From Ignavibacteriota bacterium (GTDB lineage Bacteria; Bacteroidota; Ignavibacteria; Kapaibacteriales; UBA2268), in NCBI GenBank assembly GCA_019637995.1, contig JAHBUQ010000002.1, positions 323,428-387,427 of the forward strand: a stretch of 64,000 bases of DNA, written 5' to 3'. Below the pieces are notes generated by a model, which had not been told where the DNA came from, made no database searches, and saw nothing but the letters and a program-made list of their open reading frames with translations. The position numbers were made by a program, and so were the translations under genes. Below are positions 10,724-20,324 of this stretch, one piece after another (the stretch's first letter is position 1; each line of letters starts with the position of its first letter).

Positions 10724-11599
10724 TTACCTTTTATAATATTTTTTTCTTTTCTGTGGTTGAATCTCATTTTTTGCACGGTCATTAACATTGAATGTATAGT
10801 TAATACGTATAAAAGGTAAAATATTATTTACAGAGTTAGTATATTTATTAGCAAAAGTATAAATATAATTTCCTCCAATCACAAGATAATATGATGGAGA
10901 CAGGTCTATTGATACTCCTCCGCTTATCAGCAGATTGTGATTTCTGATTCCTTCGCTTTCATAAGCAAGATTATCCCAGGTTGTTACCTTAAACAAACTT
11001 TGATTAACGTAAGCAATTCTTAAAAAGAGAGTCGGATAATTATCCCGCCGTACTGTATTAAATGTAACAGATCCAAAATAATTCCAAGCAAACGAACTTC
11101 CACGCGTACTGTCATATAATCTGCCTTCTCCCATAAGCCATTTAAAGTTGTATGAGAAATCAGCATCAATATGCCTGAAATCAAATCCGGCTCCTACATC
11201 ATAACGAATTGCAAAATTATCATACTTTTCGATATGACCAATTCCCAACATACTTCCAAATAAAATTTTTCCATCTGTCAAACCACCATCAAAACCTGCG
11301 AAAATTCCAATCTTATTATCAACCTTATAATCAAAATGTGCATCAATAATAGTATTTACAATTGTTACCTCACCCTTTTCAAGTCTTTCATCAGGTATTA
11401 ATTGAAAATTTTTATTTTTGTTATGAGAAATTCCAATTGAAGCATCAACCCTGCTTGTATCACAGGGTTTTGTAATATGAACAGGTAAATATGCCGCACG
11501 GGATTTCACCTCAGCATTATGCACTATCATATTTTCAGCCGTGCACGAAACAAGTAGCACAAACACACTGATTACATATAATATTCTGATTACTAACAT
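10724..11599 (-). CDS. Hypothetical lipoprotein, probably beta-strand rich / outer membrane
   Basis: Hydrophobic signal ending LLVSC; alternating aromatic/Gly pattern; basic C-terminal tail. Confidence 0.6.
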   Translation of the reverse strand: MLVIRILYVISVFVLLVSCTAENMIVHNAEVKSRAAYLPVHITKPCDTSRVDASIGISHNKNKNFQLIPDERLEKGEVTIVNTIIDAHFDYKVDNKIGIFAGFDGGLTDGKILFGSMLGIGHIEKYDNFAIRYDVGAGFDFRHIDADFSYNFKWLMGEGRLYDSTRGSSFAWNYFGSVTFNTVRRDNYPTLFLRIAYVNQSLFKVTTWDNLAYESEGIRNHNLLISGGVSIDLSPSYYLVIGGNYIYTFANKYTNSVNNILPFIRINYTFNVNDRAKNEIQPQKRKKYYKR

Positions 11600-11855
11600 C
11601 CATTTGTCAGATAATTTCGTAATAATAGTTTTTCAAAAATACAATTATTATCTATATATTCAATACAATTTGTTTTTGCCGGATTATCTATTAATCAGCA
11701 ATTACTCAATGATGATAATAGTTAGCAACTGCATTGTTGATATGTAATGTAAATTCATTTACTAACCCGCAATCTAAACAATTTCTCAATTGTAAAATAA
11801 TAAATTACCAATTTGTTTGTTTATATAAAATTATGCTCAATAAATTGAATATTTT

Positions 11856-12983
11856 ATGAAATTCGACTATTTGATTGTAGGTGCAGGTTATGCGGGTAGC
11901 ATTCTTGCAGAAAGAATCGCAACCCAACTGGATAAAAAGGTTTTAATCGTTGACAAGCGTGACCATATCGCCGGAAATGCTTATGATTACTATAACAATG
12001 ACGGAGTGCTTGTTCATAAGTACGGTCCCCATATTTTCCATACTTCATCAAAAAAAGTTTGGGATTACCTCTCTGAATTTACTGAATGGAACACATACAA
12101 CCATTATGTTCAGGCAATAGTCGAAGGAAAACGTGTACCTGTTCCGTTCAACTTAAATTCTATCTATGCCCTTTTTCCACAAAAATATGCAGAAAAACTT
12201 GAAACCAAGCTAATTGAAAGGTATGGATACGGAATTAAAATCCCAATCCTGAAAATGAAAGAGGTCGAAGATGAGGAATTGCGGTTTTTGGCTGAGTATA
12301 TATATAAAAATGTATTTTACGGATACACAGTCAAGCAGTGGAATTTAAAGCCGGAAGAGCTCGATTATAATGTTACTTCCCGAGTACCTGTTTATATTTC
12401 ACGAGATGACAGATATTTTCAGGATACTTATCAAGCACTGCCAAAAAACGGCTATACCGAAATGTTCAAACGAATAATTTCACATCCAAATATCCGAATT
12501 TTGCTAAAAACAGATTATCGCGAAGCTGTGGAATATATTAAATTCGATAAGCTGATTTACACAGGACCACTTGATTATTATTTCGACAATATGTTCGGTG
12601 AGCTTCCATACAGAAGTCTGAATTTTGACATTAAGACATTTGATACTGAGCAATATCAGGAAGTCGGTCAGGTAAATTATCCCAATAATTATGACTACAC
12701 GCGAATAACCGAATTCAAACATTTATCACAGCAAAAGCATCTTAAATCAAGCGTAGCTTTCGAATATCCTCAGGCATATATTCCGGGAGTAAATGACCCT
12801 TATTATCCAATTCCCCGCCCCGACAATAATGAGCTTTTCGCAAAATATAAAGCTGAAGCAGATAAATTAGATGGTTCCGTATATTTTGTAGGCAGACTTG
12901 CTGATTATAAATATTACAATATGGATCAGATTGCCGGAGTTGCGCTTCAGCTTTTTGAAAAGAAAATTGCTAAATCAAGATAG
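11856..12983 (+). CDS. glf: UDP-galactopyranose mutase
   Basis: IVGAGYAG FAD motif, HIAGNAYD, HKYGPHIFHT, DRYFQDTYQALP, EPYYP-like DPYYP, GRLADYKYYNMDQ. Confidence 0.96.
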   Translation: MKFDYLIVGAGYAGSILAERIATQLDKKVLIVDKRDHIAGNAYDYYNNDGVLVHKYGPHIFHTSSKKVWDYLSEFTEWNTYNHYVQAIVEGKRVPVPFNLNSIYALFPQKYAEKLETKLIERYGYGIKIPILKMKEVEDEELRFLAEYIYKNVFYGYTVKQWNLKPEELDYNVTSRVPVYISRDDRYFQDTYQALPKNGYTEMFKRIISHPNIRILLKTDYREAVEYIKFDKLIYTGPLDYYFDNMFGELPYRSLNFDIKTFDTEQYQEVGQVNYPNNYDYTRITEFKHLSQQKHLKSSVAFEYPQAYIPGVNDPYYPIPRPDNNELFAKYKAEADKLDGSVYFVGRLADYKYYNMDQIAGVALQLFEKKIAKSR

Positions 12984-12987
12984 TAGA

Positions 12988-13674
12988 TTACAGTTTAGAA
13001 TTAATTATATCGTGGACTTGTTTCATCAGTTCCATCTCATCGGCTTTATTTGACCCATTGTAAGTAATCGGGTCAGAAATATTGATGCTAATGTCACCAC
13101 TTATGATGAGTAATTTTTTGTTAGGCAATACTTTTGCAGAGCCGTTAACAGTTACAGGTACAATCTTTTTGCCACTTCTTGAAGCGAGAAGGAATGCTCC
13201 ACGCTTGAATTCACCTAATTTACCATCCTTAGACCGGGTGCCTTCCGGAAAAATTACAACTGAATCGCCACACCTGACGGATTCTACAGCAGTTTCAAGA
13301 CCTGACATTGAATCTCTTCCGCTTTCTCGTTTGATACCAATAAAGGGTGACAATTTGAGCCCCCAACCAAATACAGGTATTTTCTCCAGCTCTTTTTTGT
13401 AAATTATTCTGAAATTAATATCAATTGCTGCAAGTAAAGCAGGAATATCAATGAGACTACTATGATTTGCTACAAAGATATAACTTTCATCTTTGGATAT
13501 TTTATCTTTACCCGAGATTTTAAGTTTAACCCCTGAGGCGTAGAGCAGATGCATTGCCCAATGTCTTGCAATCGGATAAAAGATTTTTTTGCCAAATAAC
13601 AAAATAGCAAAAGCAGCAATTATTGAGTAAACAAGAGATATGTATGCAACATAAACTGATTTAAGAAAAGACAA
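12988..13674 (-). CDS. plsC: 1-acyl-sn-glycerol-3-phosphate acyltransferase
   Basis: NHSSLID (HX4D), FPEGTRS, FKRGAF. Confidence 0.9.
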   Translation of the reverse strand: MSFLKSVYVAYISLVYSIIAAFAILLFGKKIFYPIARHWAMHLLYASGVKLKISGKDKISKDESYIFVANHSSLIDIPALLAAIDINFRIIYKKELEKIPVFGWGLKLSPFIGIKRESGRDSMSGLETAVESVRCGDSVVIFPEGTRSKDGKLGEFKRGAFLLASRSGKKIVPVTVNGSAKVLPNKKLLIISGDISINISDPITYNGSNKADEMELMKQVHDIINSKL

Positions 13675-13690
13675 TATTTTATTAAATAAA

Positions 13691-13993
13691 CTAATATTCT
13701 AATCTTCCGCAAACTGCATGACATATTTTTTGAACTGTGAAATCAGTTAGCTTATAGTATCTCATAAGTCCTTCGGGTCTGCAGTTAACTATACCATTAT
13801 TTTGCAGAATCCTGAGCTGCTTTGATACATTCGCCTGAAGTAAGCCGGTTCTTTCGATGATTTCGGATACTGATTTCTCTCCGTCGAAAAGCGAGCGAAG
13901 TATTTTCAATCTCGAACCTTCCGACAATATCTTGAATCTTTGAGCTACGTGCTCAATTTCAGAATCGGTCAGGAATTTATTCTCATCATCCAT
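13691..13993 (-). CDS. ArsR/SmtB-family transcriptional regulator
   Basis: FKILSEGSRLKIL, SVSEI...QANVSKQLRIL winged HTH, RYY wing; start set at MDDENK; C-terminal CHAVC. Confidence 0.88.
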   Translation of the reverse strand: MDDENKFLTDSEIEHVAQRFKILSEGSRLKILRSLFDGEKSVSEIIERTGLLQANVSKQLRILQNNGIVNCRPEGLMRYYKLTDFTVQKICHAVCGRLEY

Positions 13994-14136
13994 ATAAATT
14001 ATTTCAATTAGTCGTTCCATAGTATCGCAAAATTAATAAATAATAGTTTCTTAATAAAATTATTTATCAAAATTATATGCTTACAGATTCTTATTTTCAT
14101 AATTTTGTATCTTTTGACAAGATATGAGTGGCAATA

Positions 14137-15186
14137 TTACTTTTTTCTAATAATTCTAATTCCGGTATTTGAGCCAATTTGCAATGGAAGTGACCTGTTA
14201 GATGACCTAGCAAAATTCATCCCATCGCTCCATGAACCGCCACGCATCACTCTGCTGTTGCCTGTGGCAGGACCCAATGGGTTGACATCAGGTGATGTAC
14301 TGTAATATTGTCCACCGTAGAAATCCCAGCACCATTCCCAAACATTGCCGTGCATATCGTAAATTCCAAAGTCGTTAGCTTTTTTTCTGCCACCCGGATG
14401 CATTTTCATTCCTGAATTTTCAGAATACCAAGCCATCTCGTTCAAAATTCCGCTTCCGGCGAAATCACCTTGAGTTCCGGCTCTGCATGCATATTCCCAT
14501 TCTGCTTCAGTAGGCAGACGCCATCCGGTTTTAGCTGTATCCATAGTTACATCAATACCTGTAACGGTATATACTGATTCAAGGTTGTGCATTGCAGAAA
14601 GCTTATTACAGAATTCAACTGCGGCAAGCCAGCTTATACTATCAACCGGTAAACGAATATCTTTAACATTTGAAGGATTACTACCTGTTACTGCCTGATA
14701 AACTCTCTGATTAACTTCGTATTTGCTGATATAGAAATCACTTGATATTGCAATTTCCCGGGCAGGCATTTCATTTAAAGATGAAACATTTGAGCCACGT
14801 GTGAATTTTCCGGCTTTAACTTCGACAACATCAAAAAAAGGAACTTTACTTATTCCTATATAAGTACTGTCTATAGCTAAAGTATCAAAATAAAGATACG
14901 CCATTCCTGAGCGAGTGCCGTTAGGAATTACAAGATGAATTTCTGAATTATGCCAAAGCAGGCATTCATTTGAATTTACCGAAACTAATGAATCAAATAT
15001 CAATCTTTTCCCGGGCATAGATGAACCAAAGAATTTACCTTTAATGATTAGAGTATCACCATAAGCCAGTGAATCGGAATTAAGTGATAGTATTTCTGTA
15101 TCGCCTGAAGGAATGACGGGATTATCTTTATGGCAAGCCGATAAAGCAAAAATTACTAAAAGTAATATAATTATTCTGTATCTCAT
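14137..15186 (-). CDS. Lipoprotein with an IPT-like N-terminal region and a formylglycine-generating-enzyme (FGE/SUMF1) domain
   Basis: LSAC lipobox; WRLPTEAEWEYACRAG, NDFGIYDMHGNVWEWC, RVMRGGSW. Confidence 0.9.
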   Translation of the reverse strand: MRYRIIILLLVIFALSACHKDNPVIPSGDTEILSLNSDSLAYGDTLIIKGKFFGSSMPGKRLIFDSLVSVNSNECLLWHNSEIHLVIPNGTRSGMAYLYFDTLAIDSTYIGISKVPFFDVVEVKAGKFTRGSNVSSLNEMPAREIAISSDFYISKYEVNQRVYQAVTGSNPSNVKDIRLPVDSISWLAAVEFCNKLSAMHNLESVYTVTGIDVTMDTAKTGWRLPTEAEWEYACRAGTQGDFAGSGILNEMAWYSENSGMKMHPGGRKKANDFGIYDMHGNVWEWCWDFYGGQYYSTSPDVNPLGPATGNSRVMRGGSWSDGMNFARSSNRSLPLQIGSNTGIRIIRKK

Positions 15187-15294
15187 GATTTTAAAAAGAA
15201 ATTTTAATTTTCAAATTAAACAATTTACAAATATAATGAAAAGTATTTAGATGTTATTAGCATTAAATTTATTAATTTTGAATTTCTTTTAAGG

Positions 15295-16344
15295 TTGAAT
15301 TTGAAAATAGATTTAAAAAATATAGTTAAAGAGTATCAAAAAGGTACAAGAGCAGTAGATGATGTGAGTATTTCCGCAGATTCCGGTGATTTTCTCGTAC
15401 TTGTAGGACCATCAGGTTGCGGGAAATCAACTATTTTAAGAATGATAGCCGGACTTGAAGAAATTACTTCAGGAGAGCTGTTTTTTGATGAAAAGAAAAT
15501 AAACGACCTGGAGCCAGGAAAGCGAAATATTGGTATGGTATTCCAAAATTATGCCTTGTATCCGCATCTGACAGTTTATGATAACCTTGCTTTTCCACTA
15601 AGAATAATAAAGATTCCGAAAAAGGAAATTGAAGCAAGAGTCATAGAAATTGCTCATCTTACCGGTCTTGACGAACTTCTCAAACGTAAGCCTAAGCAGC
15701 TTTCGGGCGGTCAACGTCAGAGAGTTGCACTCGGAAGGGCGCTTATAAGAAAGCCGAATGTATTTCTTTTCGATGAGCCACTTTCAAATCTTGATGCTAA
15801 ACTAAGAATTCAAATGCGTAATGAAATTGTTAATCTACACGAAAAAGCAGGCACAACATCTGTCTATGTGACACACGACCAAGTGGAAGCTATGACAATG
15901 GGTACTAAAATTGCTGTGATGAATAATGGTAAAATTATGCAATACGGCACCCCAGACGAAGTTTACAATCGTCCTGAAAACATTTTCGTCGCCGGGTTTT
16001 TAGGTAGTCCTCAGATGAATTTTTTCAAAGTCAGACACCATCCCCTTGGTTTTGAAATTGATGAGAATATAATCAATGTCGGTCATGAAATACATGAAGA
16101 TATTTACTCATTTGGGATAAGACCGGAGAATATCAGTATAGTAGCTAATGATGAAGATATTTGTTCTACTGTCAAACGATATGAATTCTTAGGTTATGAG
16201 CAGTTGATTTATGCAACTACAGGAAGAACTGATTTCTGTATCAGACAAGATATAAAAAGAAAATTTAAAGCAGGCGAAGAAATTAAGATTAAGTTAGACC
16301 GTGGTGCTTTACACTTTTTTGACTATCAAGGAATAAGGTTATAA
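15295..16344 (+). CDS. MalK/UgpC-type sugar ABC transporter ATP-binding protein
   Basis: GPSGCGKST, FQNYALYPHL, LSGGQRQRVALGRA, FLFDEPLSNLDAKLR, YVTHDQVEAMT; TTG start. Confidence 0.93.
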   Translation: MNLKIDLKNIVKEYQKGTRAVDDVSISADSGDFLVLVGPSGCGKSTILRMIAGLEEITSGELFFDEKKINDLEPGKRNIGMVFQNYALYPHLTVYDNLAFPLRIIKIPKKEIEARVIEIAHLTGLDELLKRKPKQLSGGQRQRVALGRALIRKPNVFLFDEPLSNLDAKLRIQMRNEIVNLHEKAGTTSVYVTHDQVEAMTMGTKIAVMNNGKIMQYGTPDEVYNRPENIFVAGFLGSPQMNFFKVRHHPLGFEIDENIINVGHEIHEDIYSFGIRPENISIVANDEDICSTVKRYEFLGYEQLIYATTGRTDFCIRQDIKRKFKAGEEIKIKLDRGALHFFDYQGIRL

Positions 16345-16348
16345 TATA

Positions 16349-17233
16349 ATGCCGTTTATAGGTGAAATTTCCGCACTTGCAGCCGCAATATTCTGGGCAG
16401 GTATTTCAATAGTTTTTACAACTGTGGCTTTCAGAATTGGAGCCATCCAGCTGAATATTGACCGTATGATTCTCGCCGCAATATTTTTACTGATAACAAT
16501 TTTTGCTTTTTCAATTGATTTTACAGTAAATTTAAATCAAATACTATTTTTGACAATCAGTGGCTTTATCGGTCTTGTGCTTGGAGATACATTTCTTTTC
16601 AAGTCATTTCAGGAAATTGGTCCGCGGGTTACTATGCTTATTTATTCAATTAATCCTGCAATAGCTGCCATACTTGCATACTTTTTCCTTGGTGAAGTAA
16701 TGGAAGTATTAGCAATCACAGGTGTGCTGGTTACTCTAACCGGAATTGCTGTTGTTGTAATGGAGAAACCGAATGCAGAAAATAAATTCAAGACTACTCG
16801 AAAAGGGCTTATGTATGCACTTCTCGGAGCTGCGGGTCAGGCTATCGGACTGATTTTTGCCAAAGGAGCCTATAGTTACGGTGATATTCACAGTCTGACA
16901 GCTACATTTGTAAGAATTGCATCAGCTGCGATTGTGATGTTGCCATTAGGTATATTATTTAAAAAATATAAAAACCCAATTAAGCTGTATTTCAAAGAAA
17001 GAAAAACATTTAATCTTGTGATTTTAGGTTCGATTATAGGACCATATTTGGGTATATCCCTCAGCTTCGTGGCTCTGACAAATACTAAAATCGGTATTGC
17101 CGCAACATTGATGTCAACAGTACCTGTTATAGTTTTGCCGCTTACATGGTATTTTTACAAGGAAAAATTGACATTTATATCAATAGCCGGTGCATTCATA
17201 ACAGTTGCAGGTGTTTCTATGCTGTTTTTATAA
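16349..17233 (+). CDS. EamA/DMT-family transporter
   Basis: About 10 hydrophobic segments in two repeats; GLVLGDTFLF...IGPR motif. Confidence 0.85.
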   Translation: MPFIGEISALAAAIFWAGISIVFTTVAFRIGAIQLNIDRMILAAIFLLITIFAFSIDFTVNLNQILFLTISGFIGLVLGDTFLFKSFQEIGPRVTMLIYSINPAIAAILAYFFLGEVMEVLAITGVLVTLTGIAVVVMEKPNAENKFKTTRKGLMYALLGAAGQAIGLIFAKGAYSYGDIHSLTATFVRIASAAIVMLPLGILFKKYKNPIKLYFKERKTFNLVILGSIIGPYLGISLSFVALTNTKIGIAATLMSTVPVIVLPLTWYFYKEKLTFISIAGAFITVAGVSMLFL

Positions 17234-17386
17234 ATATTTGTGATATTTAAAAAATTTCTAAGAATTAAAATCATATAATAATTTCATTTTTTTGGAATGT
17301 ATTTCGGCTATTAAAATAAATTTTATTATTTTAGGTTTCTTAAATAAAGTATAATTAAGAAAATATTTGATAAATATAAAATTTGA

Positions 17387-19618
17387 ATGAAACCTATACA
17401 CCTGCTTATATTGCTTTGTATATTAACAATACTGATAACTCTCGGTATTGCCTTATATACCAATAATATTGTTTCTTACGGAATGCCGGGACTTGAGCAG
17501 CTCGAGAATCCTCAAACAAATTTAGCAACAAGAATCTACAGTTCGGATGGCAAATTATTAGATCATTTTTTTAATGAACGGCGTGTAAATCTGACTTATG
17601 ACAGCATTCCCGATAATTTTATAAAAGCTCTTGTAGCTACTGAAGACAGAAAATTCTGGACACACTGGGGAGTTCATACCGGTAGGGTAATAAATGCCGC
17701 CATAAAGAACGTATTAGGCGATAAAGAAGGAGCCAGTACACTTACGATGCAGCTTTCACGAAATTTGTTTTTGAGCCATGCTGTATCTTGGGACAGAAAA
17801 ATTCGGGAAGCGTTTCTATCATTACAAATTGAAAAGACATATACCAAAAAAGAAATTCTTGAGATGTACTCAAATACAGTATATTTTGGAAGCAGCGCTT
17901 ATGGAATTCAGGTCGCTTCTCAGGTTTATTTTGATAAAGACCCTTCTGAGCTCATTCTCCCTGAATGTGCTCTTCTTGTAGGATTACTAAAAGCACCGGA
18001 AAGTTACAACCCTTTTAAAAAGCCTGAAAAAGCAATTTCGAGACGCAACCTTGTATTGAAATTAATGTATGACCAGGAATATATCACAGCCGGTCAATAC
18101 ACGGAAGCGATTAAATCGCCTCTAACTGTATTTAAGCAGGAAAAAGGTGCAGATAAGAAGAAACGAAGATTTATGGGTGAGCTGATTGCACCTCATTATG
18201 TAGAGATGATTAGGCAGGATATTTCGCGTGACAATTCGATGCTTGATTACAATCTTTATCGCGATGGTTTAATAATTCATACTACACTTGATTCGAGAAT
18301 TCAAAGACACGCCAACGAAGCTGTTGCAGAGCATTTGAAGGAACTTCAGCAATTATTCGACAAAAAATGGAATTGGAGCAGACAAAAAACATTACTGGAT
18401 GATTTACTTAAAAAAGCTATCACAGGAAGAGCAGATTACAGAGCTGCTGATAAAGAAGGTAAAAAATCATTAGACCAACAATTAAGAGCTGATAAAAAAT
18501 TTATTGATTCTGTTAAAAATGCAGCTATTACAATTCAGGTAGGACTCGTGGTAATTGACCCCACAAATGGCTCTTTACTCGCGATGGTTGGCGCTTCACC
18601 AAAATTTATGCAGGAACACAGAGAATCCAAATATTCTTTAAACCATGCTTTCCAAATTAAAAGACAACCCGGTTCTGCTTTTAAACCGTTTGTATATGCA
18701 AGCGCCCTGCAAAAAGGAATGACCCCGGAATCTATGATTGAATGCGGACCATTTTCTTATTTGCTCCAAACAGGTGAAGTATGGGAGCCAAAGGGCACCG
18801 GAAATTGTGAAACCGGTGAAAAAACAAGTCTTTTAAACGCTTTAAGAATTTCGATAAATACAGTCTCTGCAAGATTAATTACTGAAGTTACTAATCCAAG
18901 AGATGTCGTCAATCTTTCCCGAAAGATGGGTATTCAATCTGTGTTAGCAGGAGTACCTGCTTTGTCATTAGGAGCAGGCGGTGATTTAGATCCTCTTGAG
19001 CTGACATCTGCCTACGGAACTTTTGCAAATAACGGGATTTATGTTCCACCTTATTATATTTCAACAATTTACGACAAACACGGCACTTTAATACGCGAAA
19101 AACGTAAATTTGTAAATATGACTGAAGCAATGCAACCGGAAATTGCGGCTCAGATGATTTTCATGATGCAAAGAGTTGTTGATGCAGGCACAGCATCGAG
19201 AGCTATAAGGTCACGATTTAAGGATATACAGGCTGCCGGAAAAACAGGTACAACAAACGATGCCGCTGATGCTTGGTTTGTTGGTTTCACACCACAGCTT
19301 GTGTGCGGTGTTTGGCTGGGTTTTGATGATAAAAGAGTAACATTCGATGTTTTAGGTTCTGATGGATATGGTGGTCGCTCTGCTGCACCGATTTGGGGGA
19401 TTCTCATGGACAAGATTTATTCTGATATGACTTTACCATACAAGCAAAGAATGTTCAGTTATACTAAAAAAGATGACAGTCTGACCTGGAATGCAGTTCC
19501 CTATCCTGTAACTGAAATGCAGTTGAATAGTGACCCGCAACTACGTCAAAAAATCGAAGACACGGTCCCAAGAATTCTCCCTAAAGAGATTATACTGCCG
19601 CCTTTACCGTTAAGATAA
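17387..19618 (+). CDS. Class A penicillin-binding protein (PBP1A family)
   Basis: Transglycosylase ATEDRKF, GASTLTMQL, RKIRE, YSN-YFG; transpeptidase QPGSAFKP, SINT, AGKTGT. Confidence 0.93.
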   Translation: MKPIHLLILLCILTILITLGIALYTNNIVSYGMPGLEQLENPQTNLATRIYSSDGKLLDHFFNERRVNLTYDSIPDNFIKALVATEDRKFWTHWGVHTGRVINAAIKNVLGDKEGASTLTMQLSRNLFLSHAVSWDRKIREAFLSLQIEKTYTKKEILEMYSNTVYFGSSAYGIQVASQVYFDKDPSELILPECALLVGLLKAPESYNPFKKPEKAISRRNLVLKLMYDQEYITAGQYTEAIKSPLTVFKQEKGADKKKRRFMGELIAPHYVEMIRQDISRDNSMLDYNLYRDGLIIHTTLDSRIQRHANEAVAEHLKELQQLFDKKWNWSRQKTLLDDLLKKAITGRADYRAADKEGKKSLDQQLRADKKFIDSVKNAAITIQVGLVVIDPTNGSLLAMVGASPKFMQEHRESKYSLNHAFQIKRQPGSAFKPFVYASALQKGMTPESMIECGPFSYLLQTGEVWEPKGTGNCETGEKTSLLNALRISINTVSARLITEVTNPRDVVNLSRKMGIQSVLAGVPALSLGAGGDLDPLELTSAYGTFANNGIYVPPYYISTIYDKHGTLIREKRKFVNMTEAMQPEIAAQMIFMMQRVVDAGTASRAIRSRFKDIQAAGKTGTTNDAADAWFVGFTPQLVCGVWLGFDDKRVTFDVLGSDGYGGRSAAPIWGILMDKIYSDMTLPYKQRMFSYTKKDDSLTWNAVPYPVTEMQLNSDPQLRQKIEDTVPRILPKEIILPPLPLR

Positions 19619-19661
19619 TTTTGTAATTGATAATTTTATAATGAATAAATGAGAGTTATGC

Positions 19662-20324
19662 ATGAGCTACAAAAAATATTCAATTCAGGGAGAGAGTGAT
19701 ATTGAAGTTGGTACTATTTATTGTATAGGTCAAAATTACTCAAAACATGCAGCCGAGATGGGTTCAAGTGTATCGCCTGAACCTGTGATATTTATCAAAC
19801 CGCCAGCTGCTTATATTCAAAGTGGGGAAAATGTTGTTCTTCCTGATTTTTCAGAAAATGTTCATTATGAAGTTGAGCTTGTGGTCTTAATTGGAAATGA
19901 CTGCCATAATATTTTGCCTGAGGATGCACATAAGTATATTGGTGGATATGCTGTCGGGATTGATGTTACACTCAGAGATTTACAGAAAAAAGCAAAAGAA
20001 GAGGGAAAACCCTGGTCTGTTGCAAAAGGTTTTTATACCTCAGCTCCTGTTTCCGGATTTATTCCACAGAGCCGTTTTGAAAATGAAGTACCATATTTCG
20101 ATTTGAAATTATGGGTCAATGATGAACTTAAACAGTCAGGTAGTACTAAAGAAATGGAACGTACGGTAGCTGAATTGATTCAATATATTTCCAAAGTTTT
20201 TTCACTAAGAAAAGGTGACGTCATATTCACCGGAACTCCCGAAGGTGTTGGACAGATAAGGAAAGGAGATATTATAAAAGCTGAGCTTTCAGGTTATGTA
20301 GAATTATCGGTTGGAGTTGTTTGA
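19662..20324 (+). CDS. Fumarylacetoacetate hydrolase family protein
   Basis: YCIGQNYSKHA, HYEVEL, DVTLRDLQ, GDVIFTGTPEGVG. Confidence 0.92.
   Translation: MSYKKYSIQGESDIEVGTIYCIGQNYSKHAAEMGSSVSPEPVIFIKPPAAYIQSGENVVLPDFSENVHYEVELVVLIGNDCHNILPEDAHKYIGGYAVGIDVTLRDLQKKAKEEGKPWSVAKGFYTSAPVSGFIPQSRFENEVPYFDLKLWVNDELKQSGSTKEMERTVAELIQYISKVFSLRKGDVIFTGTPEGVGQIRKGDIIKAELSGYVELSVGVV

Noticed and set aside
14137-14400. FGE/C-type-lectin C-terminus as a possible diversity-generating retroelement target
   Set aside because: No template repeat differing at adenines and no reverse transcriptase seen in the window.
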